Source: Phoronis australis
Lineage: Eukaryota; Animalia; Phoronida
Direction of reading: 5' to 3'
Length of the DNA stretch: 56,914 nt
NCBI GenBank assembly: GCA_002633005.1
Contig: NMRA01001001.1
Coordinates: forward strand, 16,675 to 73,588
In this document: piece by piece, positions 13,235-27,300 of the stretch
Position numbering within the stretch: the stretch's first letter is position 1
How the letters are laid out: each line of letters starts with the position of its first letter
Position numbers and translations under genes: made by a program
Notes under the pieces: model-generated
Databases searched by the model: none
The model's input: the letters and a program-made list of their open reading frames with translations, nothing else
Told to the model about the DNA's origin: nothing

Positions 13235-13683
13235 AGCTCTCTGCAATGATCCCATGCTACTGTTTAATACTACAGTTTGCTTCTGGGCACTCTATATTGC
13301 AGCTTTGGTTAACATTGCTTGACGCTAGACAGGCTGATAGGCGTGCTTTGACCGCGGAAGACAGACGCTGGTCAGCTGCAACATCAATATTGGTCATTTA
13401 TGCTTTGAATGCTCTTTCAATAGGTACGGAGATGGTGCACAATTCAATCTCTTGGCATTAATTTTTCGGCCTTTGTCAGGTGTAAACTCTCGGTTCCAGA
13501 TTTGAAAGCCCAATTCGTACACCACTGCCCTATGTAAAAATGAGTGCTACGGGAATTATAGCATTTGTCTCCTTGCTGTTTTGACATAATCGTACAGTTT
13601 ACAGGTCCACCAATCAGTATTGACATGGATCCTCTAAGAAGCGAACCTTGGGTTCAAGGCGTACGTGTTGCGATATATTGCAG

Positions 13684-13929
13684 GTGATTGTCTGGACGAC
13701 GACGGAGCTCAAGGAAGTACCTACAGGGGGAGCATCAGGGTCACGCAATCAAATGCTGCATGCAAACCATGGTCTAAATACAAAAAAGGTCAACTCGCAA
13801 AGGATTATCCAGAGCAATTCACCATGAACTACTGTCGCAATACTGCCAACGATAAAGATGCTACTTCCCCTTGGTGTAAACCGGTCACTGGACAATGGGA
13901 AAAGTGTTATGTTCCTATTTGCAAAAACG
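13684..13929 (+). CDS. Host gene exon E (246 nt, phase 1-1): kringle domain
   Basis: Acceptor atattgcAG, donor G|GTAAGT. All six kringle Cys present, with YRG, CxxW, NYCRN, PWC, WEKC and VPIC motifs. Confidence 0.92.
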
Positions 13930-14187
13930 GTAAGTAAAACGAGTAACGACCCTTGAAGAAGAAAGATGGAAATAGTCATTCAAGATATGACTAAGTTCTC
14001 TTCATTTTTTTCACCTATTTTTTTCAAAATTCTGCCAAACAATTTGTCTCCTTTAGGCTTTTTAACTCACTTTCTTGAGGACTATATAGGTACCTCTAAA
14101 CGGTATCAAAAGGTTTTTACCTTACTTCTAAAATTGTTACATTAATTCATTTTGCAAAACATTTATACCGTTTTAAATTCAAAGCAT

Positions 14188-14533
14188 CACCGCACATTGT
14201 TCAGTGTGTCACAGTGCTTCTAGATCGGCACATGCTGTCTAATAGTACCGTTTTGAATGAATGTTTTGATATTGAACAAGTTTTTCTTGCAGTATCATTT
14301 CCAAGGAATTCGAACTGACTTTGAGGTCACGGATAATTTTTTAAAACGTTTCCGCGACCTTAAAGTCTTTAAAGCTTTTTTAAAAGCTTTAAAGAGCTTT
14401 CCTCGCTATTTTTGCCATTTTAAGTTCAAAGCAACACCTGTCTGAACATGTTCACCACCGCCCACTGCTCAGTGTGTCACATTGCTTCTAGATCGGCACA
14501 TACAATTTAACAATACCATTTTGAATGAATATT
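14188..14533 (+). repeat. Imperfect direct repeat of about 80 bp (14188-14266 and 14456-14533)
   Basis: Shared core TCAGTGTGTCACA.TGCTTCTAGATCGGCACAT...TTTTGAATGAAT. Confidence 0.75.
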
Positions 14534-16279
14534 TGAACATACAATATTTTTTCTTAAATTTACGTGCAGTGTCATTGCGAACGCTAAGTGCAACATGACA
14601 TAAAGCGACTTTAGGTCGACAACTATCTAGTCTCAAAGGCATCTACTGGAAAGCTGATGTCTAGAAAAACTGAATAAAGTTTTGAATGTTCATTTTTCTG
14701 ATTCAATAATGTCAAAAAAGTGTTCACCCACAGACTGATGTTTTGCCTTAGAAACAGTGTGTGCATTTAGCCAAATATCTGGAAAACGGGGACAGATTTA
14801 AGACTTCCTCGAACGGACTTTTATCTGTTGTAGAAGCACGATTTAAACACTAAAATGCCAATTTGTATTGGAATAACCCTTTACGCACCGTTTTGCGTCA
14901 CCGCGAGAAAACAGCAAATTACGCAAGCTCACTTTTGTTCGAAAACACGACCATACTAGGTCTTCGTTGATGTTTTGGTGAGATTAACAACCAGTCTATA
15001 ACATAATTTCTAGCAAACTCTGCCTAACAACTAGCAAAGTGTGTCAACTTGTTTGAAGGTGTTTTGGCAGTTCATCTACACTCTTAAAGTTTTTTGCAAA
15101 CTCGACCAAAGCTGAGCTTGCAAACAAGTTGTTTCCCAGTGCATTGCGTGGTTAAGAACGCTCGGTAGCAATAATTTTAACGTTCACCGATATCGTATGT
15201 ATCGGCCGCAGTGTCAGAATAGAACGCCATTGTGAGCTAATGGGTGTTTTTGCAGTGAAATGAACGAAAGTCACTTGATGAGTCTAAATGTTCATTACAT
15301 TTGGAAGTTCATGACTTCCTTGTGGTTAAATTAACCAGATGGATGCGTTTAATATAGGGTATGAAGTTAAATTACTGGTGATAGCGTTCAAAGTAGAGTT
15401 TTAACTCAGTATTTTTGTGAATCTCGAAAGCGTATAATATTTGATTGGGTAACGTGGCCGTGTCTTAGAAAAAACGTAGCACAAAGATTCATCCATAGAA
15501 AAAACAATTTCAATTACATGATCAAATTAATTGCAATAAATATGAAGATGATAATTCTTGTGAACGCAGTCAGAGTTTTCTAAACTATCTTTACGTTCTG
15601 TTTTACGCATTTTTTAATTTTCACACCCACTCACCCACACACANTCTCCGGCGTCCTTCCGGAGTCAGCAGTTGTATCTCAAGGATCGTCGTCAAATTTG
15701 ACTGCTGTATTATATCATTAGGACAACGGCAATATTTGAACTGATCCGACTACCACTGAGCCACCTACAGCAACTTCAAGATTTTGCATCTGCCTATTTA
15801 TCAACAACTTCACTCATAGGACCTTTGTGAAACTTGGCAGATGTGTTTGAAATTACTCTATCTAATCGACCACTGCTACGCCTCATAAAGACACCTTCAA
15901 CATTAATGTTGTTCCTTTTTTGGCGCTTGCCTCTCAATCTTCAAAATGGTTAGAGCGATCATCGTGTAAATTGGTTATGTGTTTCTGTTGACGAGAATAT
16001 GGCTAAAATCAATTCTCAGACTCATCTGAATACCGCCACGTGCCCTAGTGTTTGAGTTATCCGTTGCCTTATTATTTACCAAGGTCAGTTATAGATAGTT
16101 ATGAAATTTGATGGCTACGTTCCTTATGTAGAGAGCATGATGATACTGATTTTTGTTGGACTCATTCCAATACCCCTGTGCCCCATATTCACCGTTTTAT
16201 TCTTACGCCTCCTTCAATGTCTACCCAGTTCGGTGTTGAATGATTAAGAAAATAAGTATACAGGTTTATCTGGTAGATC

Positions 16280-17195
16280 TACTGAATGGGTGATTCATGA
16301 CCGGCAAGCCCCCGTTTTCATCAGTGGGCTAGAACACTTCGAGCCCTTTAATGTGAAATACTCTAGTGTGACTGTTGAAAACGGGGTCTTGCCGCTCATT
16401 AATCGCTCATTCGGTACTTCTGTCATTTTTTGTTCCACTGGCTTAGCCTTGTGTCTGCTACACTTGAAACAGCGTAGCAACACATGTATGTATAAACCAA
16501 AACCTTTAGCGAGGTTTGGGTATGGTGTATTCGTGAAAATTGCGGATAATCAAAGGTGTCACACGGTCGCACTTTGACATCACCTGGCCGTGAAAGGTTT
16601 GCCTATTTATATGGGAAATGATGGGAGTCTGCAGCGTTCGGGGAAAACACCTTGGTTGCTGACTTCACGTCGGAATCATCGTGTAATATCAATGACTTTG
16701 TTGCATGGCCATTGGTCAGGTGATATTCTTAAGAAATCGGGTACTGTCAACCACCTGTTGTTAGACAGGAGTCTATCAGCTGATTAACCCCTTGATTCAT
16801 CGTCTCCAGGGTTCATCTTCCCTTCTATGCGCTGCCATTGTTATTTCTTGATGAATAACTGCCAGTCGATTTGCAACAAATATCTTGAACCTTTTACCTG
16901 TGTTACGTATGTACTTTAAGACGTCCATCTCCCTTTGTATTACTGAGTCAATTCGAACAGCTAAGGTAGTTGCTGAAAATTCAAGTCGAGATATTGTCAG
17001 AGTCTTTAAGGGATTCACGCGAAACTTCGACACTATGAGGCTTGAGTGAACCTGACCGTCTGTGTCTTCTACTCCGAGATAAGATGTCACACTGTAACCC
17101 TCTTCGGATGCGTCTGAAAAATGTGTGGACTCAACGTTGCCGAAGGAAAAGAGTTTGAAGCATCTGGGAACTTTGAACTAGGCTTACTTTGGGAC
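16280..17195 (-). mobile_element. BEL/Pao LTR retrotransposon pol relic, 3' part (RNase H/Peptidase_A17-type region, integrase zinc finger and start of core); may extend further left
   Basis: VPRCFK, HFSDASEEGY, SKFRVNPLKTLTISRLE, FVANRLAVI and CFKC...EQKMTEVPNERL...PFS motifs, with many stops and deletions. Confidence 0.85.
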
Positions 17196-17210
17196 ACCAT
17201 TCATTCACTT

Positions 17211-20200
17211 TTTTTCCGATTAAGTTTTTTTATTTTCTCTAGCATGGGTATTTACAATTTACACGAAACAATAAACAATACAGTATACAAGTACATTAGT
17301 TGCAACAGATTATCGTCAAGTATCACAATTTGGTATACAGAACAGAAATACAGATATGTAAGAAAAAAATCAAGCCATTCTCACCCTTAACATACACGCC
17401 ACACGCACCCGCCCCCCATCTTACTCTTAGTAGGATGTTGTCAGGCAAAAGTTATGGTTAACCAGTTTCTCCAGGTTGCATGGTATTCATCTAAATTACC
17501 ATTATTTAATAAAATCCTTCTTTGAATATAAAATTCTCTTTCTAATATCTTATGGAACTGACAGAAACTGGGGATTATTTTTTACACCTGGATAGGTAAA
17601 TAAAATGTTTTAATTGCAAAAGTATCCAATTTAAAACTTTATTTTCATTACTTATGGGCATCCCAAAAAACATTGTTTTTTGTCAATAACCATATTTATA
17701 CCTTTTACCAACAACACCCAAATGCGTAATTCTCCTATCAATGTTTTTATATTATTGCATTAGAAAAAGATGTGATCCACTGTTTCACTTTGTGAATGAC
17801 AGAAAGTACATACATCAGAGTCCACCAGGTTAATTTTTCTAAGAAAAGAGTTGGTTACAAGTATTCTATGTAATAGTTTAAACTGCAGTGTACATAACTT
17901 GAAATCATAAGTAGTTTTAAAAGACANACATATTGATGTGCAGTTTAAAAAATTACGGATATTAAAAGGTATTATTGGTCCATATATCTTAATTAACTGC
18001 ATTTGTAATGGTGTTCTCCTCAGAAACGACCTAACAGACTCAATCAGAGAACAATATTCCAAAAAGTTTGTAGATATGTTCGAGATCTTTTTGAATTCAG
18101 TAAATGAGTAAAATCTATTATTTTCATCAAGTAGGTCATTAATAAAAAGAACACCACCACTAGCATACTTGCTAAAGAAGATAGATTTTCTGTCTATTAG
18201 TATTTCATCGTTATGCCATAAACTTGTTGAGAGTAAATCGTTCGCATCTTTATGGGGCTGTTTACTAATGAAAAAAGACCAGTTACTTAGAACTTCGTTC
18301 CAAAAAGGATTGATTACTTCAGTATGGTATTTAATAAAAACATTTCCAAAATTTATAATATTTGACTTTGCAATCCCTGTTTCAAGTTCAAACAATTTCA
18401 CCCATTTTGATTCAGAATTAAGTAATCTCTTTATCCATGAAATTTTTATAGCCTTGTTAAAAAGAATAATATTTAACACTTTAACTCCCCCTTCCTCATA
18501 AGTTTTGATTAACACATCTCTCTTCACTCTCTCAACTTTGTTATTCCAAATGAACTTTAAAATGCTTGAATACAATTCATTCATAATAATGTTTAATGGA
18601 GTAGACAGGGTTGTCATAATGTGAATAATTTTTGGCACCATCAAGGTCTTCACCACCGTAACTTTCCCAAAAAAGGAGATTTTTCTTCTAGACCAAATTT
18701 TGATAAGGTTATTGATTTCATCAATCCTCTCATTGTAGTTGATTTCAATCATTTTTTCTAGGTTAACACTAAACTTGATACCTAGCATCTTAAATTCCGT
18801 CATGCCCCATTCCAACGTCCATCTTGAGTGATGGAAAACATCCTTGCAAAATTTTTTACTGCTCAACCATATAAATTAGTTTTGGAAAAATTTACTCTCA
18901 AACCAGACATATCTGCATATCTACTCAAAACTTCCATAATAGCTTCCAAACTACGCCTTGAACCATCTAAGAAAAACGTTGTGTCATCAGCATACTGATT
19001 AAGTATAAATTCCTCATTTTCTATTTCAATGCCTTTAATTTCCCTATCTTGTTTCGTCATCATAGCTAATATTTCAGCACATAAAATAAAAACATACGGA
19101 GAAAGAGGATCACCTTGTCTACAGCCCCTGTGCAGAGTAAAACTTCTGGACAGGAAACCGTTTTGAACAATGTATGACACGGGACAATTATAAAAGGTTT
19201 TAATCCAACGCTTAATTGAGGCCTTGAGATTATAAATATCCAAAACATTATTTATGAAGTTCCATGACAAGCTATCAAAAGCTTTTTCAAAATCTATTTG
19301 TAATAACAGCCCTGGCATACCATTTTTTTCACAGAAACTCATAATATCATAGGTCAATCTTATGTTTTCACCTATACATCTCCCTTTTACAAATCCCGTC
19401 TGATCCGGGGAAATTATATATCCAAGTACCTTTTTATTCGTCTAGCAATGCATCCGGATGCCAACTTGTAAACACTGTTGAGCAAAGTTATTGGTCTCCA
19501 GTTTTTTATGAATTTTTTAGCCTTATCTGGCTTTGGAATTAAAGTTAGGGCCCCAGTTTTTTGTGTGTTTGACAATTCACTTTTTTCATAGCTTTCATTT
19601 ATGTGTCTTAAAACAAAATAGTCTAAATCTTTCCAGAAAAACTTGAAGAATTCATTTGTGAAACCATCTGACCCGGGGCTTTTTTCATTTTTTGAATTTT
19701 TCAATACAGTCCAGAGTTCATCATATGTTATGTGTCCCTCAAGCTCCATAGCTAAATTATCTGGAAGCTTATTTGAAACAATAAGATTCTCTATTTTACT
19801 TTTTTCAATAGAACTGTTGTCAGAATAAAGTTTTTCGTAAAATTTCGCGGCCACGTCTAGTATCTTTTCTTGATTTGTAATTATTTCTCCATTTTCCAAT
19901 TCTATTTCATACATAAGTTTGTTATAAAAATGTCTCGATTCTAAGCTACAAAAATATTTTGTTGGGCGTTCCCCCTCCTCTATCCATTTTGCCCTGGATC
20001 TGACGTAATACCCTTTCAATTTCTCTGACCTTATCTCTAGAAGAGCACTCTTTTTCCTTTCCAAATCTTCAAAAGTTCTATCATCAACACATTGTTCTAA
20101 ATTCTCTATTTCCTTCTCTAACTTATGCTCTTGACTATCTAATTTTTTCTTTTTTTGAATCGAGTAAAAAATAGTATTTTTTCTTATTTCCATTAACAGT

Positions 20201-23200
20201 ACATCCAAAAATAGTTGATCATTTATAACAAACTGAATCACACTGTTCGAAATATTTTGAAGTTTGTCTAAATGGTATACCGGGACGGCATATTGCTTTT
20301 TAACATCAGTTATTGTATCTTGAACGATGTCAACATATTCCCTGTCATTCAAAAGTGAATTGTTAAATTTCCAGAGTCCTTTACCTCTAATAATTTCTCT
20401 AAATTTTAGGCTTAACAAGACCCCAGAATGATCTGATCTATAACTTGGAGCTATAGAAATTTTTTCGACAGAATGCATCAAAGTTTTGGAAACCAAAAAA
20501 AAGTCAAGCCTAGCCTGCTTAATTGGATTTTTTCTTCGCCAAGTGAATCTTCTCTTTGACGGAAAAAATTCTCGAAAGGGATCACAGACATCAAACGTAT
20601 TAATTATTCCCTTAAGAAATTTTGTAGCGTTTGGATTATTGCAAGATCTATAATTGCAAGTATCCAGTTCTTGACTCAGAACTAAATTAAAATCTCCACA
20701 TAAAATAAACTTATCGGCATTCATTTCTTCAATTATTGAAAATATATTACTATAAAAATTCGGATTATCAGTATTTGGACCGTACAAATTTACAAGGATG
20801 ATCCTCTCTCCATCCATAATTAGTTCTATAATAACATAATTTCCCGTAGGATCCTTTCTCACATTTTGAACAGTGAACTCAAAGTTATTATTAAATAGAA
20901 TAGCTACTCCTCTTTAATTAGTCTTGTAAGAGCTGAAATAACAAGTGTAACCCCACTGAGATTCAATGTACGGCTCCAAATCACAAGCAAAGTGAGTGTC
21001 TTGTAGACAATATATGTTAAATGCTTTACTTTTTATGTAATTAATGACATCTCTTCTTTTTTCTGGGGTTCCTAAGCCCCTGGCAATTAACTGAAAAGAT
21101 ATTAATTCCAATCATAGTAGAAATATAGAAACTACTTTTACAATAGAAATTTTGAGATCACATAAAGTATTACAAAAGCTTAATGGGTAGGCAAGTGGGA
21201 CCGGGTATACATTCACACACACACTCACAATCCAGTTTATACTGAGCCGTGCTAATTTCCTTAACAAAACCTGAGTAAATGAAATCACTGTACCGACACC
21301 AACAACCATGAGAGAAAATAATGAAAGAAAAAAGATTATGTGCAAGTCAAATGCAGTGGCAATATTTGTTGAACAGTGAACTCAAAGTTATTATTAAATA
21401 GAATAGCTACTCCTCTTTAATTAGTCTTGTAAGAGCTGAAATAACAAGTGTAACCCCACTGAGATTCAATGTACGGCTCCAAATCACAAGCAAAGTGAGT
21501 GTCTTGTAGACAATATATGTTAAATGCTTTACTTTTTATGTAATTAATGACATCTCTTCTTTTTTCTGGGGTTCCTAAGCCCCTGGCAATTAACTGAAAA
21601 GATATTAATTCCAATCATAGTAGAAATATAGAAACTACTTTTACAATAGAAATTTTGAGATCACATAAAGTATTACAAAAGCTTAATGGGTAGGCAAGTG
21701 GGACCGGGTATACATTCACACACACACTCACAATCCAGTTTATACTGAGCCGTGCTAATTTCCTTAACAAAACCTGAGTAAATGAAATCACTGTACCGAC
21801 ACCAACAACCATGAGAGAAAATAATGAAAGAAAAAAGATTATGTGCAAGTCAAATGCAGTGGCAATATTTGTTGCCAATATATGTGCACATATAATAAAA
21901 TTGTATAAAACTATATAAACACTCATGACGTAACTCTGGCCAGTTCCCCTACCTGAGACTCGAAAGGGATACAATCACATTTCAATGACTCAATCTCAGC
22001 CTGCAGCACGATCCACAGCACAAACACATCAGGGGTTATCTACACATAATGCCAGCAAAGGACAATCACGACTGTACTTCGGACTGTAGTATATAAGTAC
22101 CCAACGGGATTCATGCTACACGGTGAGTCCAAGCCACGGTCACTAAGTGAAGATTTAGTCGTTCAGACTAAACACAAAGTGAGAAAGACATGCTAGGAAA
22201 CTATACAAAGTAGTCGAATAATCACATGTTGATTTTCCTACGCTCCTGCTGGGCTCTGTTACACTCAGAACGTACGTCTCGCACTCTCAGCAAGTGGTCT
22301 CATCCGTCACAATAGAAGAGAGAGAAGAGACTCCAGAAATAATGAGCCACTAGTAACCGACCGCACCAAACGTCACTAGGTGATCTCAAAGGGGATCAGC
22401 GCAACACATGCTTCAACCACCCATACATGTACCACCATGATTGTACATAAAATACAGGTGTACAGGAAGTAAACAAAGGGGGTTACACCCAACGCTTTAC
22501 ACAACACTCTCAGAGAGGCAGAGGGACATATAAATTCTGAAACTAATGTTACTAGTGTACTACTCACGATATGCGTCACAGTGGAGTAGCACGAGTCTAC
22601 TTACACCTATCGCTTGTTATTTAAATTCCTGACAAATCCTGTAGACTATTTACTTGCTTTATAACTCCACCCCATTCTTTGTAGTATACACGGCCGTCGA
22701 ATGTCCAGCAACCCTGCACCTTGGCACCCAGGTCTCTGCAGGCTTTGAACAGCTGTGCTCTGCGTTTGGTCAAGTTCTCGTTTACAAAAACTCTGCTTGC
22801 AACATCTTTTAGATTTTTCTTCTTTTTCATGAAGTCAGACCGAGCATTGTAGGATACAAATTTCACAATTATGGGGCGCTTATTGGTAGAGGGTAAATCT
22901 ACCAAGTTTCTGTTACCCCATTGACAATCAAGCAGGTTCGCCGGCTGTACTGTTGAAGTTCGTCCATTTCATTCTCATGTTTTTGTGCTCGTCGCTCAAA
23001 CACTTCTTTGAATTCCGAAAGTTGGTTTTCCAGGAAGTTTATTTTTTGTCCTTTTCTTCCAGCTTTTTGCCGTATTCCAACTCTAAGGCCTTGTAAATCT
23101 CATCCCTCATATCCTCTATTAAAGGTTTCAATAGACCTCTGAACATAAATTGGATTTCACCGTCCATCAAAGCTTCCTTGAGGTCATCTTGCAGTGAAAG

Positions 23201-23326
23201 CTTTGACGCTTTGTCGTTGACCTGCTTTTTCTTGGTCAAAATGGCTTCCATGGTAGGCTGCTTCAGTGATTTTAAACAAGATGACTTTCGAAGTTCCTCA
23301 GTATCCTTACTAGGCACACGTTTCCT
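17211..23326 (-). mobile_element. L1/Tx1-type LINE copy A (ORF1 22621-23326, ORF2 from ATG 21115 to about 17450), inserted into the BEL/Pao element
   Basis: APE (LQDTH, NLYGPN, GDFN, RLDFF, SDH), RT ([26 protein letters not shown]) and C-terminal CTFC...ETVDH zinc finger. AATAAA and A-tail at about 17211-17235. 15-bp TSD ACCATTCATTCACTT at 17196-17210 and 23327-23341. Confidence 0.95.
20868..21873. repeat. Apparently perfect 503-bp tandem duplication (20868-21370 and 21371-21873) covering the L1 ORF2 start
   Basis: Identical translated ORFs 20914-21111 and 21417-21614. TTG microhomology at the junction. Confidence 0.95.
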
Positions 23327-23341
23327 ACCATTCATTCACTT

Positions 23342-23830
23342 AATCCATTCGTCTCTTCTGCGTAGGGGAACAGGGAAAACCCATCCCAGTCCTTGTCGAC
23401 AGAGTTCCTGGAGAAGGATCTGAGCCTGGAGCACAAACGGCGACACCAAACCGGGAGGTTCATGTACAGCACTGACAACCGCGAGAATGCCTCTACGAAT
23501 TATAGAACGGTCTTTCACTTCATTCATGAAACAGAACACGTCTGTTTTAGCGTCCCACCAAGTACCTAAGGCTCATTCTTTCGGTAGGTACTAAATACCC
23601 AACTTCCTCCAGTGTGGTTCTACAGCTATCAAGCTGCACAACAAACTTCTCTAAGGCCTTAATGTTTTCCAACTTAATCGCGGCACTTTGAAGCACCTTT
23701 TCCACACAGGCAGTGGCTATTTTGAAACCGTCGCCAGAGTGGGTTTTCAACAGTTTCAATGCCTTGTCGTATTCCTTCTTTGGGTCACCCATTAGTAGAC
23801 TCTCTACCAGCTCATTTGATTCTCTGTTAT
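23342..23830 (-). mobile_element. BEL/Pao relic, 5' part: gag (DUF1759-like) fused by internal deletion to the RT C-terminal region
   Basis: EYDKALKLLK...GDGFKIA gag-like segment. PTER..LWD..TDVF and RRGILAVVSAVHEPPGLVSPFVL..QELCRQGLGW segments continue across the L1 TSD into VPRCFK. Confidence 0.85.
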
Positions 23831-24319
23831 CTTAAATTTCGCCTAATTTCCACACTTTGATCATGATACTGTATTGGATCCTGCAACTTATGTGTTACGG
23901 TCATATAAACAAAAAGAACTACTTTTCAGTTATTCTGATCTAAATTAATATCTATTTACGTATTTGCAAACATGATAACAAGTTACGCGAAACTTGAGAC
24001 GATGACAGAGTCGAACGTCAGCACCAACAGTCCAAATCTTGAAACTTGCGGCATCTTCAGTCTTCATCACCAAAACGTCACGCGTTCCGTTGACTCCACC
24101 AGTTCAACAAAATAATACAGTCAAGTTCCATTCACAAGGCGTTGCTGTCCGCGCCGTAGCAAAGGCTCACCACATAAACACATGTCGCTCAGTGTTCAGA
24201 AAGGATTAAAAAAACCCATAAAATCCAGCCTCAGTGTTCAGACAATCATGATACACGTCTGCTCATCATCAGCGACCAACTAGAACTCCGATAAAACTCA
24301 AAACATACCTAATATATGA

Positions 24320-27300
24320 TCTCCGATGTTTTGTGGGACGGGGAGTCCATTTCTGACATTATTTTATAGATGCAAGGTCAAAGTCAAGGTCAAATGAGAG
24401 ATCAAAGGTCACGTTGAATTGAGCCAAGGAAAATTCATCTCTTTTGCAAGACAAAAAGTTAAATTTATGGAAAATGCAGAATTATCATTTCTGTGATACC
24501 ACTATATCAAGAATAAGGGATAGCTAACTACTGGAATAAGTTGTCCTCCCAAATCTAAATAACTAGTTTGAAATATTGTTGTACCAGACCTACGCATGCC
24601 GCTCAGGAAGGCCCATGGCACCCATCACCTTGGACCATCTTCATGCTTTATTAGCTGAAACAGAGCTGAACTTGATTCAAGCGACCAGCAGTGTGCCCCG
24701 TGTGACTCGAAAACACCATCTTGAGTAGAGAACAGACACTAAGCCACACTGCCTCCTCATAGTGAATAGGGGTATGCGTATAGATTATGCGTAATCCGTG
24801 CAAGTTACATATACGTAGACTAGGATGGGCACTATTATTAATCCAGGGAAAACTTGTAAACTATGACTTTTGGAACTTTCTATAAAATAATGTAAATTTC
24901 CTGACTGGCTTATTTTACTGGGGATTGAAGACTCACTGGTTCTCGAGAAAATTTCACCCCCCTATGCGTCGGTGTTCATAGAGAACAGCTTCAAGGAAAT
25001 GGACCACGAGTCACTGACTGCGAGAAGTTCAACTTGACACCTCCGAGTGCACTCAGAGAGGGGTTATTGGCGTCTCTGACAGCTAGTTCAAACCAAGAAC
25101 TACTCTCCGTCCACTACCCTCACGTCTTGTGACCTCTTATGTTGGCGGCACTTATTCAGGTAGTTCCGGAAAAACTCCAAACGACCTGCTTCAAAAGCTG
25201 GACAACACCACCTCCGGAGCAGAATGATTTGGGACATAAAGCGAAGAGATTTAACCAAAATGGCATTGTTACCCTTCCTCAGACTGCCGTATTTGCCGAT
25301 CTGGGCTATAGGGAGTGGGCTCAACAAGTTCATACTGTAATGTACATTGCTATGGCGTCTAAATGCCATGGCCTTCCCTCGACAGTACAGGCTTCTTCAG
25401 TAAATTCAGTATTTTGACTTTTTCTTAGTGCTTTGTAACATTCACTGCTAACCGAAATTAAAAGCTGACTGCTCTTCTCTTGCCCAATGTCCAGCTTGTT
25501 CTTGAATGTACTTGGGGATTGTGCTTCTCTATCTCCTCTGCAATCTTTCTCTAGTCATCCCCGTCCAGGTCCACTAATCCCTTCTTGTACTTCATCTTTT
25601 TCCTGTCACTCCACTACGTGTCGTTTGCTCTTCACCACCTTCATTCCACATGACTTATGTTCTCCATAGCAGTATCAAGGTGGGCACACCCACTGAAACT
25701 CTTTAACCACATGTCCACTTCATTGCTCGGCTCTCATTAAAATGCCCCTTATAATCCCAGAACCTTTTACTCGTTTGATATACAGTATGCCTGTTCTTCG
25801 AATTGGTCAGCTGGTACTACAGTCTTATCACCCAAGTGTTGACAGCTGTGTCCAGCTTTGAATAGAACTTCCTGACATTATTGTACAGGTGCTCCACACA
25901 CAGCAAACTTCAATATAAACTTCGAAAGAACTCTTTCAAGCTGCTAAACTTGGTATAAACTTCTTTCCAGAAATGTTTGGCACCTTAGTCGAAGACTTAT
26001 CGACCATTTGTCGAACTTTTGTCGCAGTTTAGGTTGACGTTGCGCCTAGTCGATTATTGTTTATTTACGAATGGAGTTACATGCAAATTGTGAAAATTAA
26101 GACAAGATAGTTGGAGGGGCTATCATATTCTAGTCGAAAAGAATTTCGATTTTTTTTTGTTAATTTTGAAAACTGCTACACCAGCGCAGGTACCGTACAC
26201 AATTATGTTGACCCGCTACGAAGAAATATGTCAACATCTCCTTGAGACAGGGTTGTTGAAGGATCATCTGTAGGCAGACCACCAGCTCTTCATAAGACTT
26301 GGCCCCTTTGAGTGGACATTGAGCAACAACATATGATAAGATTGTATACCTACAAAGCATAAGATTACTACCCCGATGGCCCATGTCACCACTCCGAGAA
26401 AAACAGCTACTCCGAAGGCCCATTTCTCCGAAAAAAATACCGTTACTACGATTTTTTAGTCGATCTTACTAAATTTTCTCAAAATTTCACGAATACCCAA
26501 AATGTATTCCAATGACTTATTTCTGCCATTTGTACTGTCTTTGTAGTTTACAACTCTTGTATCCCATCTTCTTTGAAGTTCGGTTGATCGACAGAAAATG
26601 AGTTACATTACATGCGCGCACCCAAGGCGATGTGGGCAAAAAGGTCCGCCTCAAAACAACAAAATGTCCGAGAAAACGAGAAAAAAATTCTCTAAAGGGG
26701 CGCGAATGCACATTTCATAGCGCTGAACGCGATATCCTGTTTTTTAGTCTCAGGTTTTTTGTTTGTTAAGGTCCACATTACCAAAAATTTTAGCCCCCCA
26801 TATAGTAACTCGGTGCGCGCATGTATTCGTATTATAAACTGCAACAAAGGCGTGGGTTTCTTTTCGGAGTAGACGTTTTTCGGAGTAGTGTTTTTTGGAG
26901 TAATGAACAGTAACCATACTAGACATTCCAGCATTGAACTGCTGAGCGTATGAGCATTTCCATGCCATATGCTTTCTCTATTGTGCCAATGCAACCCTCA
27001 TGAAACTTGTGAGCAAAATGTTTGGCCCACTAGAGTACACGTATGTAATAGTGAGCATTTTGAAAATATATCTTTAAGAGGTTAACGAAGAAAGTGAAAA
27101 ATATTTAGATAAAAAACTAAATGTCAGAAGGCTGCTTGGCAGTTTTGATATTTGACCTCTGGTTTGACCTTGGAAATAATAAAGTAACACCAGAAATGGA
27201 CTCCCCATCACAGAAAATAATATAAACAATGTATTACTTGACCCTGTTAGTCATCAACTTGAAAAAAACAAAGTGGGTCGAAATTCAAAATGGCGAAATC

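Noticed and set aside
23893-24305. Candidate BEL 5' LTR (TGTT...AACA)
   Set aside because: No matching second LTR, primer-binding site or TSD found.
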